Below, piece by piece: positions 1 through 8,618 of a stretch of DNA of 60,307 nt. How positions within the stretch are numbered: position 1 is the first letter of the stretch; each line of letters starts with the position of its first letter. The stretch spans positions 1-60,307 of the forward strand of contig JAQBHB010000084.1 of the NCBI GenBank assembly GCA_032128115.1, in the 5' to 3' direction. This DNA comes from Deltaproteobacteria bacterium. GTDB lineage: Bacteria; Myxococcota_A; UBA9160; SMWR01. Under the pieces are notes generated by a model that searched no databases, was not told the DNA's origin, and saw nothing but the letters and a program-made list of their open reading frames with translations. Made by a program: the position numbers and the translations under genes.

Positions 1-162
1 GACGAGATCGTTGCCGTAGCCGATGGTGTCCGTCTCGAAGTGGAACACCGGCACGGGATCCGCCCCGGTCCCCACCCGCGGCCTTGCGGCGCACGCGCCG
101 AGCACCAGAGCCGCCAGCAGCAGCGCGATCGCGCCAGGTCGTCGAGGATCCCAATCCACCAT
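1..162 (-). CDS. Putative lipoprotein, 5' part only (runs off the window edge)
   Basis: Own translation from ATG 162: MVDWDPRRPGAIALLLAALVLGAC-AARP...FHFETDTIGYGNDLV. Hydrophobic signal with lipobox LGAC; frame open to position 1. Confidence 0.65.
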   Translation of the reverse strand, partial: MVDWDPRRPGAIALLLAALVLGACAARPRVGTGADPVPVFHFETDTIGYGNDLV

Positions 163-192
163 CGAAAACGCTAGACGAATTGCCGCGCCAGG

Positions 193-406
193 TGGTTCTG
201 CCCCGATTCCGTAAACACTCAGCTTGGGCCGTGAGCCCAGGTCCTTGCTTCATTCATGAACGGGGGTTCGGGGGCAGAGCCCCCGAGCACTCCGCTCTGG
301 ATGGCGTCGCCCTTGAATTCGAGCGTATATTGCTGACGGCTCATGGGACTCCTTCGGCTGGCTCAATCCTAGCCTAAAAGGTGTCCACGATTCCGAGGGA
401 GGTCCA
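193..406 (-). mobile_element. Internally deleted (214 bp) IS3-family element with both terminal IRs and the start of orfA
   Basis: Ends TGGACCTCCCTCGGAATCGTGGACAC (minus strand from 406) and TGGTTCTGCCCCGATTCCGTAAACAC (plus strand from 193) are imperfect IRs (16/26 identical, both 5'-TG). AAGGAG RBS and ATG 344 give MSRQQYTLEFKGDAI, like an IS3 OrfA N-terminus. Internal hairpin TCGGGGGC-AGA-GCCCCCGA at 268-286. Confidence 0.7.
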
Positions 407-445
407 GCGTTCGAGCGCGCGGACGTCGGTGGGCAGCAGCGTGAA

Positions 446-1051
446 TCAGGCCATGATCGCCTTTGCGAGCTTCTCGCGCAGCTCGTCGATGTCCAGAAGC
501 TGCAAGCCCACGCCCGAAGGTTGGCTCATTACGTGGATCACGACGCCTCGGGCATGAATATCCGGCTGCGGCGAATGCAGCTTGATGCGGATGTTTACCG
601 TGGAGTTGGGTTCCGGCAGATTCTCCGTGAGGACGAAGAGCCCGCCTCGAGTGATATCGCGCACGTAGGTGGTGAGGAGTACGTCTGAATCAGTCAGGTC
701 CACCTCGAGCGGCTGCTCGGCCGTCGCGTCGTCAGCGGTGGTCTGGTGGAACTGCTCCAACAAAGAAATCAGGCGGATGCCGACGCCCTGCTTCACCACG
801 GACTGCACGGTGGTGGACGCCTTGACCACCCGCACCACGACCCCCTCCGCGAAGAAGGGACCCGAAGTGAGCTCGAACTCCAGGTGGAGGCGCGTTCGTG
901 CGACCAGGGGCTTGCGAGTGACCAGGAACACCCCCGACGCCGAGAGGTCGGTGGTCAAGCACGTGGCCTCGATCTCGTCGTTCCAGAAACGGGTGGCAAC
1001 GCATGCCGCCTTTCGCAACCCGCGTCGGCGGTCCTTCTTCTCTTCGGCCAC
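446..1051 (-). CDS. Tandem PilZ-domain protein (second domain TIGR02266-like)
   Basis: RRRGLR ... DLSASGVF and TYVRDITRGGLFV motifs; GTG 1051 preceded by AGGGGG. Confidence 0.85.
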   Translation of the reverse strand: MAEEKKDRRRGLRKAACVATRFWNDEIEATCLTTDLSASGVFLVTRKPLVARTRLHLEFELTSGPFFAEGVVVRVVKASTTVQSVVKQGVGIRLISLLEQFHQTTADDATAEQPLEVDLTDSDVLLTTYVRDITRGGLFVLTENLPEPNSTVNIRIKLHSPQPDIHARGVVIHVMSQPSGVGLQLLDIDELREKLAKAIMA

Positions 1052-1221
1052 GTGTGTCCCCCTGGACCGGGACCCGCGCCCCGTGTCGCAGTGACTCAGC
1101 ACTCACCCGCAGGTGCCCTTCATCGGCCGAACCTGCGGCCCGCCTGAGGCCGACTACGCGAAGTCGCGCCCCGCCTCCATGAGGCGCATGACGATCTTCC
1201 AGGCCCACTGCCGCTCGGCAC

Positions 1222-1388
1222 CCCCCTCTTCAGCTCGAACTCCAGCGGGCTCCGGTAGTCCAGCGACGAGTGGCGCCAACGGGTGCGACCGCGTTGTCCC
1301 AGCAGTTTCCCCGGCAACTCATGCTGCACGTGATCCCGGCTTGATCCAGAGCGTCCCGGTAGTTGTGGCTCGCGTGCTGGCTGCCCCG
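1222..1388 (-). pseudogene. IS3-family transposase (OrfB integrase core) remnant
   Basis: RGSQHASHNYRDALDQAGITCSMSCRGNCWDNAVA (1388-1284) is joined out of frame to RWRHSSLDYRSPLEFE, the conserved IS3 C-terminal motif. The segment between them, including the catalytic Glu, is deleted. Confidence 0.85.
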
Positions 1389-1457
1389 ACTCCCATAGCG
1401 CGATTGGCGCCTCCGGGGCGGCTCCAGCCGCGTCTGGGCGCGTCCGATATAGGGAGC

Positions 1458-2465
1458 ATGCAGGAGGAGCGAAAGGGGAAGGAATGCAGGCGCGAGCCGC
1501 GCTTCGAGGCCAACCTGTGGGTCGGCATCCCCGAGGCGGAGGGGGAAGCCGATGTCGAGAGCTGCAACATCAGCGCCGTGGGCATGCTCCTGCGCACGAG
1601 TCGCAACGCCGGCGAGCCCGGGTCGGTACGAATGCTGCGCCTCGTGACCGTCGATCTGGCTGCCTCGATCGAGATCATGGCCCACGTGGTCCGCGTGGAG
1701 ACCCGTCTGGACCCCGATGGAGGCCGGGTGCGCGAAGCCACGGTCTTCGATTTCCTGCCTCATCAGCCCAAGGAGCTCGAGGAGTTCCTGAGGGTCGCGC
1801 TCGAGGCCACGTCCTCTGTGGCGGTCCCGGATCGACGCCGTGCGGCCCCTGTTGGCGACTCAAGACAAGAGCCGCTGGCGGTCCCGGTTGGGCCCCTGAA
1901 AGTCTCGCGCATCGCGCTCGACACCAATCGCGCCCTCAAGGTGGGAACACAGGTCAGGCTCGAGTTCGAGACCCCGACCGGCGAGAGCCTCAGGCTCTCC
2001 GGCGCTTGCAAGGAGAGCCTGCCCCTCGACGGGGCCGGCAACGAGGATCTCTACCGCGTCGAAGTCAGTCTCGACTCCTCGCACGCCGCGATCGCCAGCG
2101 ACACCGCCGACCCGACGACTCGCCGCCAGAGGCAGGGCGTGCATCTTTCGGGAAGCCTATCCGAGGTGGCTATCATGAGTTTGCTGGGGTTCCTCGAGCT
2201 GGAACGCTCTTCCGGAGTGCTGTCACTCCAGCACGACTCGAAGCGGGCGTCCATTTTCGTAAGCGAGGGGAACGTCCTCGACGTGGAGACCGAGCCGGCA
2301 GGCGAGTCAGCGAAAGACTCGTTCAATGGCCTGCTCAGCTGGCCGGAGGGCACCTTCGAATTCAGCTTCCAGTCGGTGGATCGGGCCAACGCGATCGGCA
2401 TGTCCACCACCGCTCTGCTGATGGAATGCGCACAACTGCAGGACGAGGACTCGCGCTCCCAGTAG
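1458..2465 (+). CDS. PilZ-domain plus C-terminal DUF4388 (PatA_N-like) protein
   Basis: RREPR and NISAVGM PilZ motifs; C-terminal LSGSLSEVAIMSLLGFLELERSSGVL...LLSWPEGTFEF...STTALLMECAQLQDE. ATG 1458 follows GGGAG. Confidence 0.85.
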   Translation: MQEERKGKECRREPRFEANLWVGIPEAEGEADVESCNISAVGMLLRTSRNAGEPGSVRMLRLVTVDLAASIEIMAHVVRVETRLDPDGGRVREATVFDFLPHQPKELEEFLRVALEATSSVAVPDRRRAAPVGDSRQEPLAVPVGPLKVSRIALDTNRALKVGTQVRLEFETPTGESLRLSGACKESLPLDGAGNEDLYRVEVSLDSSHAAIASDTADPTTRRQRQGVHLSGSLSEVAIMSLLGFLELERSSGVLSLQHDSKRASIFVSEGNVLDVETEPAGESAKDSFNGLLSWPEGTFEFSFQSVDRANAIGMSTTALLMECAQLQDEDSRSQ

Positions 2466-2520
2466 GATCGAACAGGATCGAACAGGATCGAACAGGACCG
2501 AACGAGACGGAACGGGATCG
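2464..2520. repeat. 10-bp tandem repeat (AGGATCGAAC x3 plus degenerate copies) between convergent genes
   Basis: Directly visible, starting inside the TAG stop of the upstream gene. Confidence 0.9.
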
Positions 2521-2552
2521 TGAGAAAGCCAGGAGGCGCCCGTGCGGGAGAG

Positions 2553-5500
2553 TCAGTCCCCGCCCGCGCCGAAGCCCCCAGCAACGAGCTGCTCGTGGAC
2601 GGATTCGAGCTCCCGGCCGATCCTGTCGAGCAGGGGAGCTACGCTGTCGGTCGAGCCCTCGCGGCCCAGGGCCGCGATCTCCTTGCACAGGTTCGACAGC
2701 CCCAGCGCACCGACCTGGGCACTGCGCGTCCCGAGGCTCTTCGCAGCGCTGGCTAGCGCTCCTGGAGCCCCGATCGAGGCGGCTTCGCGCATCGCCGCGA
2801 GCGCCGTTGCGGACGAGGCGAGGTACGCATTCACGACGCCGGTCACGAGCTCGGAGCTGTCGCCATCTCGTGTCGAGGCCAGGCGCCTCAGCACGCTCGA
2901 GTCGACGCTCGCACCTGGCTCCGGATGCGCGGACTGGAGCGGTGCCGTAGGCGCGCCGTGGGTTGCTGCCTCCGCAACCGGTCGCAGCATTCCTGCTACC
3001 GGTGCCGACGTGGAGTAGCCCTCCATGGCCCGACTGATCCCGCCCTGCAGGTCGGCCTTCGTGAACGGCTTGATGAGGTAGTCGTCCATACCCGCTGCGA
3101 GACACTCCCGCCGGTCGCTTGCCGTCGCGTGCGCGGTGAGCGCGATGATGGGAATCCGCGCGCGCCTGCCCCCGGCCGCCTCCGCCTCGCGGGCGCGGAT
3201 GCTACGTGTGGCGGTGAAGCCGTCCATGACCGGCATCTGGCAATCCATGAACACAACGTCGTAGGAGTGCGCCTGGTCCAACCGATCGACTGCCTCCTGT
3301 CCGTTCTCGACGGCGTCGACCACGCAGTCCAGCGCCTCGAGCGTGGCGACCACCACCTGCCGGTTGATCTCGTTGTCCTCGACGACCAGTACACGCGCGA
3401 AGATTGCAGCGTCCGCCTCCTTGGACGCGGAGATCTCCTCCGGCACCGCTTTCGCTGCGGGGATGGGATCGGGTGCCCGAGTGGCTGGAGCAGCCCGAGT
3501 GGCCGGAGCAGCCGGAGTGGCCGGAGCAGTGGGTGACGGAGGTGGGCTTGCGACCTCGACCCTCGAGTCCGCTTCGTGCAATGGCGCGGCCTTCTGGCTC
3601 GCGTCAGGGCGAGTCAAGGCCTTGCGCACCGCACGTTGAAGCTCTCGCTTGCGCGCCGGCTTGGTGACCCGAGCCTCGACCTTGAGCTCCGCCTCGACTT
3701 CGGGCTCGGGCGAGAAGTCCATCGCCGTCAGCAGCATCAGGCGAGGCTGCGGGATCGAAGCGTCTCTTCGGATCGCGCGGGCGAGCTCGAACCCGTTCAT
3801 GTCGGGCATGGTCATGTCGAGGATGAGAAGATGGATGGGCTGCTTCGCGGCCGCTCCTGCTCGCAGCAGCTCGAGACAGCGCGCTCCGTCCTTGGCCCCG
3901 GCGCTACGCGCCCCCCAGGCGCGCAGGTGGTGGAGCAGGATGCTGCGACTGGTTTTGTTGTCGTCTACGACCAGGGCGCGGCGCCCGCGGAGGTCGACGG
4001 TGGCGTTGGCCGCGGAGGACTCCTGCGCGTCCGCAGAACTCACGATCTCTACCGGAATTCGCATCCAGAAGCAGGAGCCCCGACCCTCCTCGCTCTCGAC
4101 GCCGATCTCTCCACCCATCAGATCGACCAGCTGCCTGCTGATCGCAAGCCCGAGCCCCGTGCCGCCAAAGCGGCGCGCCATCGAGCCGTCGGCCTGGGTG
4201 AACGACTCGAAGATCTTCTCCTTCTTGCTGTCCGGGACCCCGACACCCGTATCCGTCACGGAGAATTGCAGCCAGCTCGCACCCTCCGGAATCGCGACGC
4301 TCGCGCTCGGAGCGCTCGAGGGCGCCTGCGTGACCGAAACGCGCACCAGCACTTCCCCGCGCTCGGTGAACTTGATCGCGTTGCCCAGCAGATTCAGCAG
4401 GATCTGACGGATGCGGGCATCGTCCGCACGAACCGTCGTCGGTACCTCGTCCTCGACGAAGCACGCGAGCTCGATCTGCTTGCCTTGGGCCTGCCCGGCG
4501 AGCAGGTCGGCGACGTCGTCCACCATGTCCGACAGCTCGAAGACTGCCGGCTCGAGCTCGAGCTTGCCCGCTTCGGCGCGCGAGAAGTCGAGAATGCCAT
4601 TGATCAGGCCGAGCAGGCTTCGCGCGGAGCCTTGGACCGTATCGGCGAAGTTGCGCTGGCGCGGGTCGAGCTCGGTCTCCAACAAGAGCGCAGTCATGCC
4701 CAGCACGCCGTTCATCGGCGTTCGGATCTCGTGGCTCATGTTGGCGAGGAACTGGGACTTGGCGCGGCTTGCCTCTTCCGCCTGATGGGCCAGCTCGATG
4801 GCTTGTTCGGTGCGCTGCTCGAGCTCTTGCGTCCGCTCGCGAACCTGCGACTCGAGGATCTCCTGGTGGGTCTCGCGCCAGCCGGTCCCCGCGTCGTCCG
4901 TGGTGTTCTGGACCTGGGTGCGGTAGTCCCGGAGTCGCTGCAGCATGATGCCGAACGCGCTCGCGAGCTCGCCGACCTCGTCGCCGCCGGCGACGTCGAC
5001 CTCCCGTTCGAAATTTCCACCCGAGATGTCGCGCGTGAGCGCTGCCAGATGGCGAATCGGTCGGGTCAGCCGTCCCGACAGGAAGCACGCCGCGACCCCG
5101 AGTGCCGCCGAGAGAAGGCCGCCAAACACAAGGGCGGTCCTTTCGAGCACGGCGACCTCCCGGTCGAGTCGCTCGGTGTCCATCCCGAGCTGCACGAAGC
5201 CCAGGATCTGGGGCAGTTGGGTGCCGGGTGGAAGCTGGTCGATCAGTGCCGCGTTGCCCCGCCCGGAGAAAGCGTCGACGGATACTCTCACGTCGATGTA
5301 GCGGGTACCACGTTCGCTGTCCCGGTACGCGGCAAAGCGGGGCCCGTCCACAGCACTCCCGTCCAGACGACCGGGCTCCGGCACCAACTTCCCATTGCGC
5401 ACCGCGCGCGAGGCGAGCACGCCTGCCTGCGCGTCGAGGAAGCGCGCGTAGGCGATGACCGGCCCCGCCGTCAGTCTCGCCAACGAGACGTCGAGCCGTG

Positions 5501-5693
5501 CCAGGTCGCGCGCATAAATCGCCTCGATCTCCTGATCCGCGACGATCTCGGCGATCTCGGCTCCGTGCCGCATCAGCGCCTGGCGCTTGGCTCGCGTGGC
5601 ATCGCGCACGACGAAGGTCGCCATGCCAACCGTGGCGATGGCGACCGCGGCGCCGATCAACAGGTTGTGCTTGGCGGCGAGACTCGCCTTCAC
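2553..5693 (-). CDS. Membrane hybrid sensor histidine kinase (HAMP-HisKA-HATPase-REC-REC-Hpt-like)
   Basis: Two TM segments, HAMP, FLANMSHEIRTPMNG, NLLGNAIKFT, DTGVG, GGTGLGL, receivers DMTMP and DCQMP, and a C-terminal Hpt-like bundle. Start taken as GTG 5693 (ORF is open to 5771). Confidence 0.93.
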   Translation of the reverse strand: MKASLAAKHNLLIGAAVAIATVGMATFVVRDATRAKRQALMRHGAEIAEIVADQEIEAIYARDLARLDVSLARLTAGPVIAYARFLDAQAGVLASRAVRNGKLVPEPGRLDGSAVDGPRFAAYRDSERGTRYIDVRVSVDAFSGRGNAALIDQLPPGTQLPQILGFVQLGMDTERLDREVAVLERTALVFGGLLSAALGVAACFLSGRLTRPIRHLAALTRDISGGNFEREVDVAGGDEVGELASAFGIMLQRLRDYRTQVQNTTDDAGTGWRETHQEILESQVRERTQELEQRTEQAIELAHQAEEASRAKSQFLANMSHEIRTPMNGVLGMTALLLETELDPRQRNFADTVQGSARSLLGLINGILDFSRAEAGKLELEPAVFELSDMVDDVADLLAGQAQGKQIELACFVEDEVPTTVRADDARIRQILLNLLGNAIKFTERGEVLVRVSVTQAPSSAPSASVAIPEGASWLQFSVTDTGVGVPDSKKEKIFESFTQADGSMARRFGGTGLGLAISRQLVDLMGGEIGVESEEGRGSCFWMRIPVEIVSSADAQESSAANATVDLRGRRALVVDDNKTSRSILLHHLRAWGARSAGAKDGARCLELLRAGAAAKQPIHLLILDMTMPDMNGFELARAIRRDASIPQPRLMLLTAMDFSPEPEVEAELKVEARVTKPARKRELQRAVRKALTRPDASQKAAPLHEADSRVEVASPPPSPTAPATPAAPATRAAPATRAPDPIPAAKAVPEEISASKEADAAIFARVLVVEDNEINRQVVVATLEALDCVVDAVENGQEAVDRLDQAHSYDVVFMDCQMPVMDGFTATRSIRAREAEAAGGRRARIPIIALTAHATASDRRECLAAGMDDYLIKPFTKADLQGGISRAMEGYSTSAPVAGMLRPVAEAATHGAPTAPLQSAHPEPGASVDSSVLRRLASTRDGDSSELVTGVVNAYLASSATALAAMREAASIGAPGALASAAKSLGTRSAQVGALGLSNLCKEIAALGREGSTDSVAPLLDRIGRELESVHEQLVAGGFGAGGD
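3479..3529. repeat. 18-bp coding tandem repeat (about 3 copies) encoding an APAT(P/R)A linker
   Basis: GAGTGGCYGGAGCAGCCS units between the two receiver domains. Confidence 0.8.
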
Positions 5694-5944
5694 AGAGCGT
5701 CCACTCCCGGGGCTGTAAGCCCACAGTCGCTTGGGCCGTCGGGCCTCGACACAGCAGGCCTCTTCGACCAACCGCGACTCGATCTTGTGCGCGTTCCGTA
5801 CGAATGAAGGTCCTGAGGTGACCTCGCTGGGGTCTCACCAGAACCGAGGCGACCTCGCGGGCACTCCGTTGGCCGAGGGGATAAGGCGAATGAGCTGACG
5901 CCGGCACGGAAAGTCCGAAGTCACCTTGATTTTCAGGGTCTTGG

Positions 5945-6021
5945 TGGTAGCGGTGGCTGGACTCGAACCAGCGACCTACGGCTTATGAAGCCGCCGCTCT
6001 AACCGACTGAGCTACACCGCC
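5945..6021 (-). tRNA. tRNA-Met (CAT), elongator type
   Basis: GGCGGTGTAGCTCAGTCGGTTAGAGCGGCGGCTTCATAAGCCGTAGGTCGCTGGTTCGAGTCCAGCCACCGCTACCA: cloverleaf, CAT anticodon, encoded CCA. Paired G1:U72 and no GGG/CCC anticodon stem argue against an initiator; Ile2 is not fully excluded. Confidence 0.93.
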
Positions 6022-6067
6022 CCAGAGCTCGTGAATCCGGCGCCGGAGCCCGGCGCGGGGGCGGATG

Positions 6068-6844
6068 CTAGCGCACGGCTTGCCCGCTGTTCGATGGGTC
6101 GCCGGGGAGCGGATCCTGCCCGTCGCCCTCGGCGCGGGCGGCCTGGGGGCCGTCCAACACTTCCGGCGCGTCCGCTTCGGCCTTGTCCGGTTCAGCCTCG
6201 GCCTCCGACTCCGGTTCGGCCACTGGCTCCGATATCGGCCCCGAGGCCCCCGGCCCCGAGGCCGGCCCGGCGTTGTAGACCGTCTGCTCCAGGGCATCGA
6301 TCCGGTACAGCAGGTCCTCGAAGGCCTCGGCCGTCACGGGCTCGTCGCCGTGGCTGGCCACCGGCAGCGGGTTGCCCTCGTTGCTGGATCCGTCCAGCAC
6401 GTAACGGCGAAGCTTCTCCGCCAGCTCGTTCAGCTGGGGAATGATCTCGGCCACCGATCCGGACTGGATGAAGACCCGGCGCGGCTTGCCCTCGTCCGAT
6501 CCGTCCCCGGGCATGGGCACGCACTGCACATCCAGGCTCGCCCCCGATCCGAACTGGGTGAAGGAGCCGAACAGCACGTAGTTGGCCCCGCTGTCCGCCG
6601 CGGCCTCGAGGGCCGGCTCGGCCAGGGTGATGGCGTGTTGGGTCTCGATCCGGACCACGTGGATGTCGCCACTGCGCTCGAGCCTCGAGGAGAGCATCTC
6701 GATCAGACCGCTACTCAGGTAGCCGGGCTGGGTATCGGCCGAATGCACCACGATGGGCAGCATGGCGATGCTCGTGGTGGCGGCCGCCGCCGCCGGAATC
6801 AGCAGTCCGGTGGCGAGGGCGGCGATCAGCGTTCGAGCCCGCAA
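6068..6844 (-). CDS. Secreted protein with TolB_N/FlgO/CsgG-like domain and acidic tail
   Basis: Signal peptide TLIAALATGLLIPAAAAA; IAMLPIVVHS...GLIEMLSSRL...GANYVLFGSFTQFG...SLDVQ pattern. Start uncertain (TTG 6844). Confidence 0.6.
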   Translation of the reverse strand: MRARTLIAALATGLLIPAAAAATTSIAMLPIVVHSADTQPGYLSSGLIEMLSSRLERSGDIHVVRIETQHAITLAEPALEAAADSGANYVLFGSFTQFGSGASLDVQCVPMPGDGSDEGKPRRVFIQSGSVAEIIPQLNELAEKLRRYVLDGSSNEGNPLPVASHGDEPVTAEAFEDLLYRIDALEQTVYNAGPASGPGASGPISEPVAEPESEAEAEPDKAEADAPEVLDGPQAARAEGDGQDPLPGDPSNSGQAVR

Positions 6845-6938
6845 GCAGGATGCCCCTGTCCGGGAGGAGGAAAGTCGGCCCGGCGAACCCCGAGCCCCCG
6901 TAAGCCACCAGATTAGCAAAGCCTTTGGGGAAGTCGGT

Positions 6939-8618
6939 TCAATCGATGGGGGTGCCAGGGGCGGCGTCGGATTCCGTGGGGAGGCGTACGCAGAAGCTGG
7001 CTCCATCCCCTTCCCGGCTGCGGACTTCGATGGTTCCGCCGTGATCCGCGACCAGGCGGTGGCAGATCATGAGGCCCAGGCCGGTGCCCTGATCGGGCCC
7101 CTTGGTGGTGAAGAACGGGTCGAAAATCCGATCCAGGTCCGCGTCGGGGATGCCCGGACCGCTGTCGCTGACTGTGAGCCAGATGCCGCCCTCTTCCGAG
7201 CGGTCGCGGTAGACCCGCACCGCCACGACCCCGCCGTCCGGGGAGGCCTGGATGGCGTTCATGGTGAGGTTCAGCAACACCTGCTGGATGTGGTCCCTCA
7301 CGGCCACGATCTTCGGCACCTCGGGCTCCCGTTCCAGGTGCAGGGACACGCGGGCCCGATCGGCCTCACGCTGCAGCAGGGTCACCACTTCCTGGGCCAG
7401 CTCGCCCGGGTCGAAGGTCTCGCCCCTGGCGTCGTCGCCGGTTCCGCGGCCGAGACGCCGCATGGAGTCCACCAGGCGCGTGATGCGGTCCACCTCGCGA
7501 CACGCCAGGGCGTGGTAGTCGACCCAGAACTCGTCGTCCTGCTGGTCGCGTTTCGCCGGCGCCATGCTCAGGAACGTCTGGATCGACACCAGCGGATTGT
7601 TGATCTCGTGGGCAAGGCCGGCGGCCAGCGTGCCCAGGGTGCCCAGGCGATCGGCGCGCAGGATCTGCTCGCGCGAGCGGCGCAGGTCGTCCACCAGCTG
7701 GGCGTTCTCCAGGGCGATCACCGCCTGGTTGGCCAGGCCCTCGAGCAGGGTGTGGTCGTCTCCGGTGAATCGGCGACCGCCGCGGCGGTTGTCGACGCAC
7801 AGGGCGCCCACGCTGCCCTTCTTCCCCACCAGGGGCACCACCAGGGTCTGGTCCGCCGCCACCTCGGTAATCCAGTTGCGGATCGGCCGCTCCAGATCCT
7901 GAAGCTCGTCCACCGACAAGATCTGCACGTCCCCGTCCAGAAGTCCCTGGACGAAGCGCGGCGCGTCGCGGCGAGCAATGCGGAGGTCGCGCAGGACTTC
8001 GTTCGCAGTGCTCCGCTCCGCGCCGAAGCGGTCCCACGCGAGGGTTTCGCCCGCGGCGTCGAAGAACAGGATGCCCGCGGCGTCGAAGCCCAGCTCGCCG
8101 GTCACCGTCCGCAACAGCAGGTCCAGGAGGGGGCCCAGGGCCAGCTCCTGGTTGATGGAGCGCGAGATCCGGTTCAGGAGCGTCAGCTCCTGGAGGAGTT
8201 GGCCCCGCTCGCGGTCCAGGGCATACACCTCGATACCGCGCCTCAGGGTGAGGTGCACCTCGTCGGGTGTCCACGGCTTGGGAAGGAAGCGGTAGATGGA
8301 GCCGTCGTTGATGGCGGCCTGCAGGGTCTGGGCGTCGCCGTAGGCGGTTACCAGCACGCGCACGATCTTCGGGTCGAGATCGCGAACCCGGGTCAGGAAT
8401 TCGACGCCCGTCATTCCCGGCATGCGGTGATCCGACAGCACCAGCGAAACCGGGCGCTCGTGGATCAGGGCCAGGCCCTCTTCGCCGCTTCGGGCCGTGA
8501 GGATCGTGAAGTCGCGCCGGAAGGCCAGCTCGAAGATGCGCAGGTTCTCCGGCTCGTCGTCCACGTAGAGAACGGGATACTCGAGATAGTCGAGGATGCG
8601 ATCCGGTCTAGGCTGCAT
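6939..8618 (-). CDS. REC-GAF-histidine kinase (response regulator with kinase output)
   Basis: LYVDDE, SDHRMPGMTG, GAF (LVVPLVGKKGSVGALCVDN), AHEINNPL, DPFFTTKGPDQGTGLGL. ATG 8618 after GAGGGGG overlaps the upstream stop. Confidence 0.92.
   Translation of the reverse strand: MQPRPDRILDYLEYPVLYVDDEPENLRIFELAFRRDFTILTARSGEEGLALIHERPVSLVLSDHRMPGMTGVEFLTRVRDLDPKIVRVLVTAYGDAQTLQAAINDGSIYRFLPKPWTPDEVHLTLRRGIEVYALDRERGQLLQELTLLNRISRSINQELALGPLLDLLLRTVTGELGFDAAGILFFDAAGETLAWDRFGAERSTANEVLRDLRIARRDAPRFVQGLLDGDVQILSVDELQDLERPIRNWITEVAADQTLVVPLVGKKGSVGALCVDNRRGGRRFTGDDHTLLEGLANQAVIALENAQLVDDLRRSREQILRADRLGTLGTLAAGLAHEINNPLVSIQTFLSMAPAKRDQQDDEFWVDYHALACREVDRITRLVDSMRRLGRGTGDDARGETFDPGELAQEVVTLLQREADRARVSLHLEREPEVPKIVAVRDHIQQVLLNLTMNAIQASPDGGVVAVRVYRDRSEEGGIWLTVSDSGPGIPDADLDRIFDPFFTTKGPDQGTGLGLMICHRLVADHGGTIEVRSREGDGASFCVRLPTESDAAPGTPID

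Noticed and set aside
205..245. Plus-strand RKHSAWAVSP as an IS3 transposase C-terminus
   Set aside because: Better explained as the terminal IR region of the minus-strand mini-IS; the peptide match is weak.
1113..1457. 5' extension of ORF 1113-2465
   Set aside because: Covers the IS3 relic; the RBS and PilZ motif point to ATG 1458.
2464..2520. Repeats as a possible CRISPR array
   Set aside because: Units are 10 bp and contiguous, with no spacers and no cas genes; the same applies to the other duplications.
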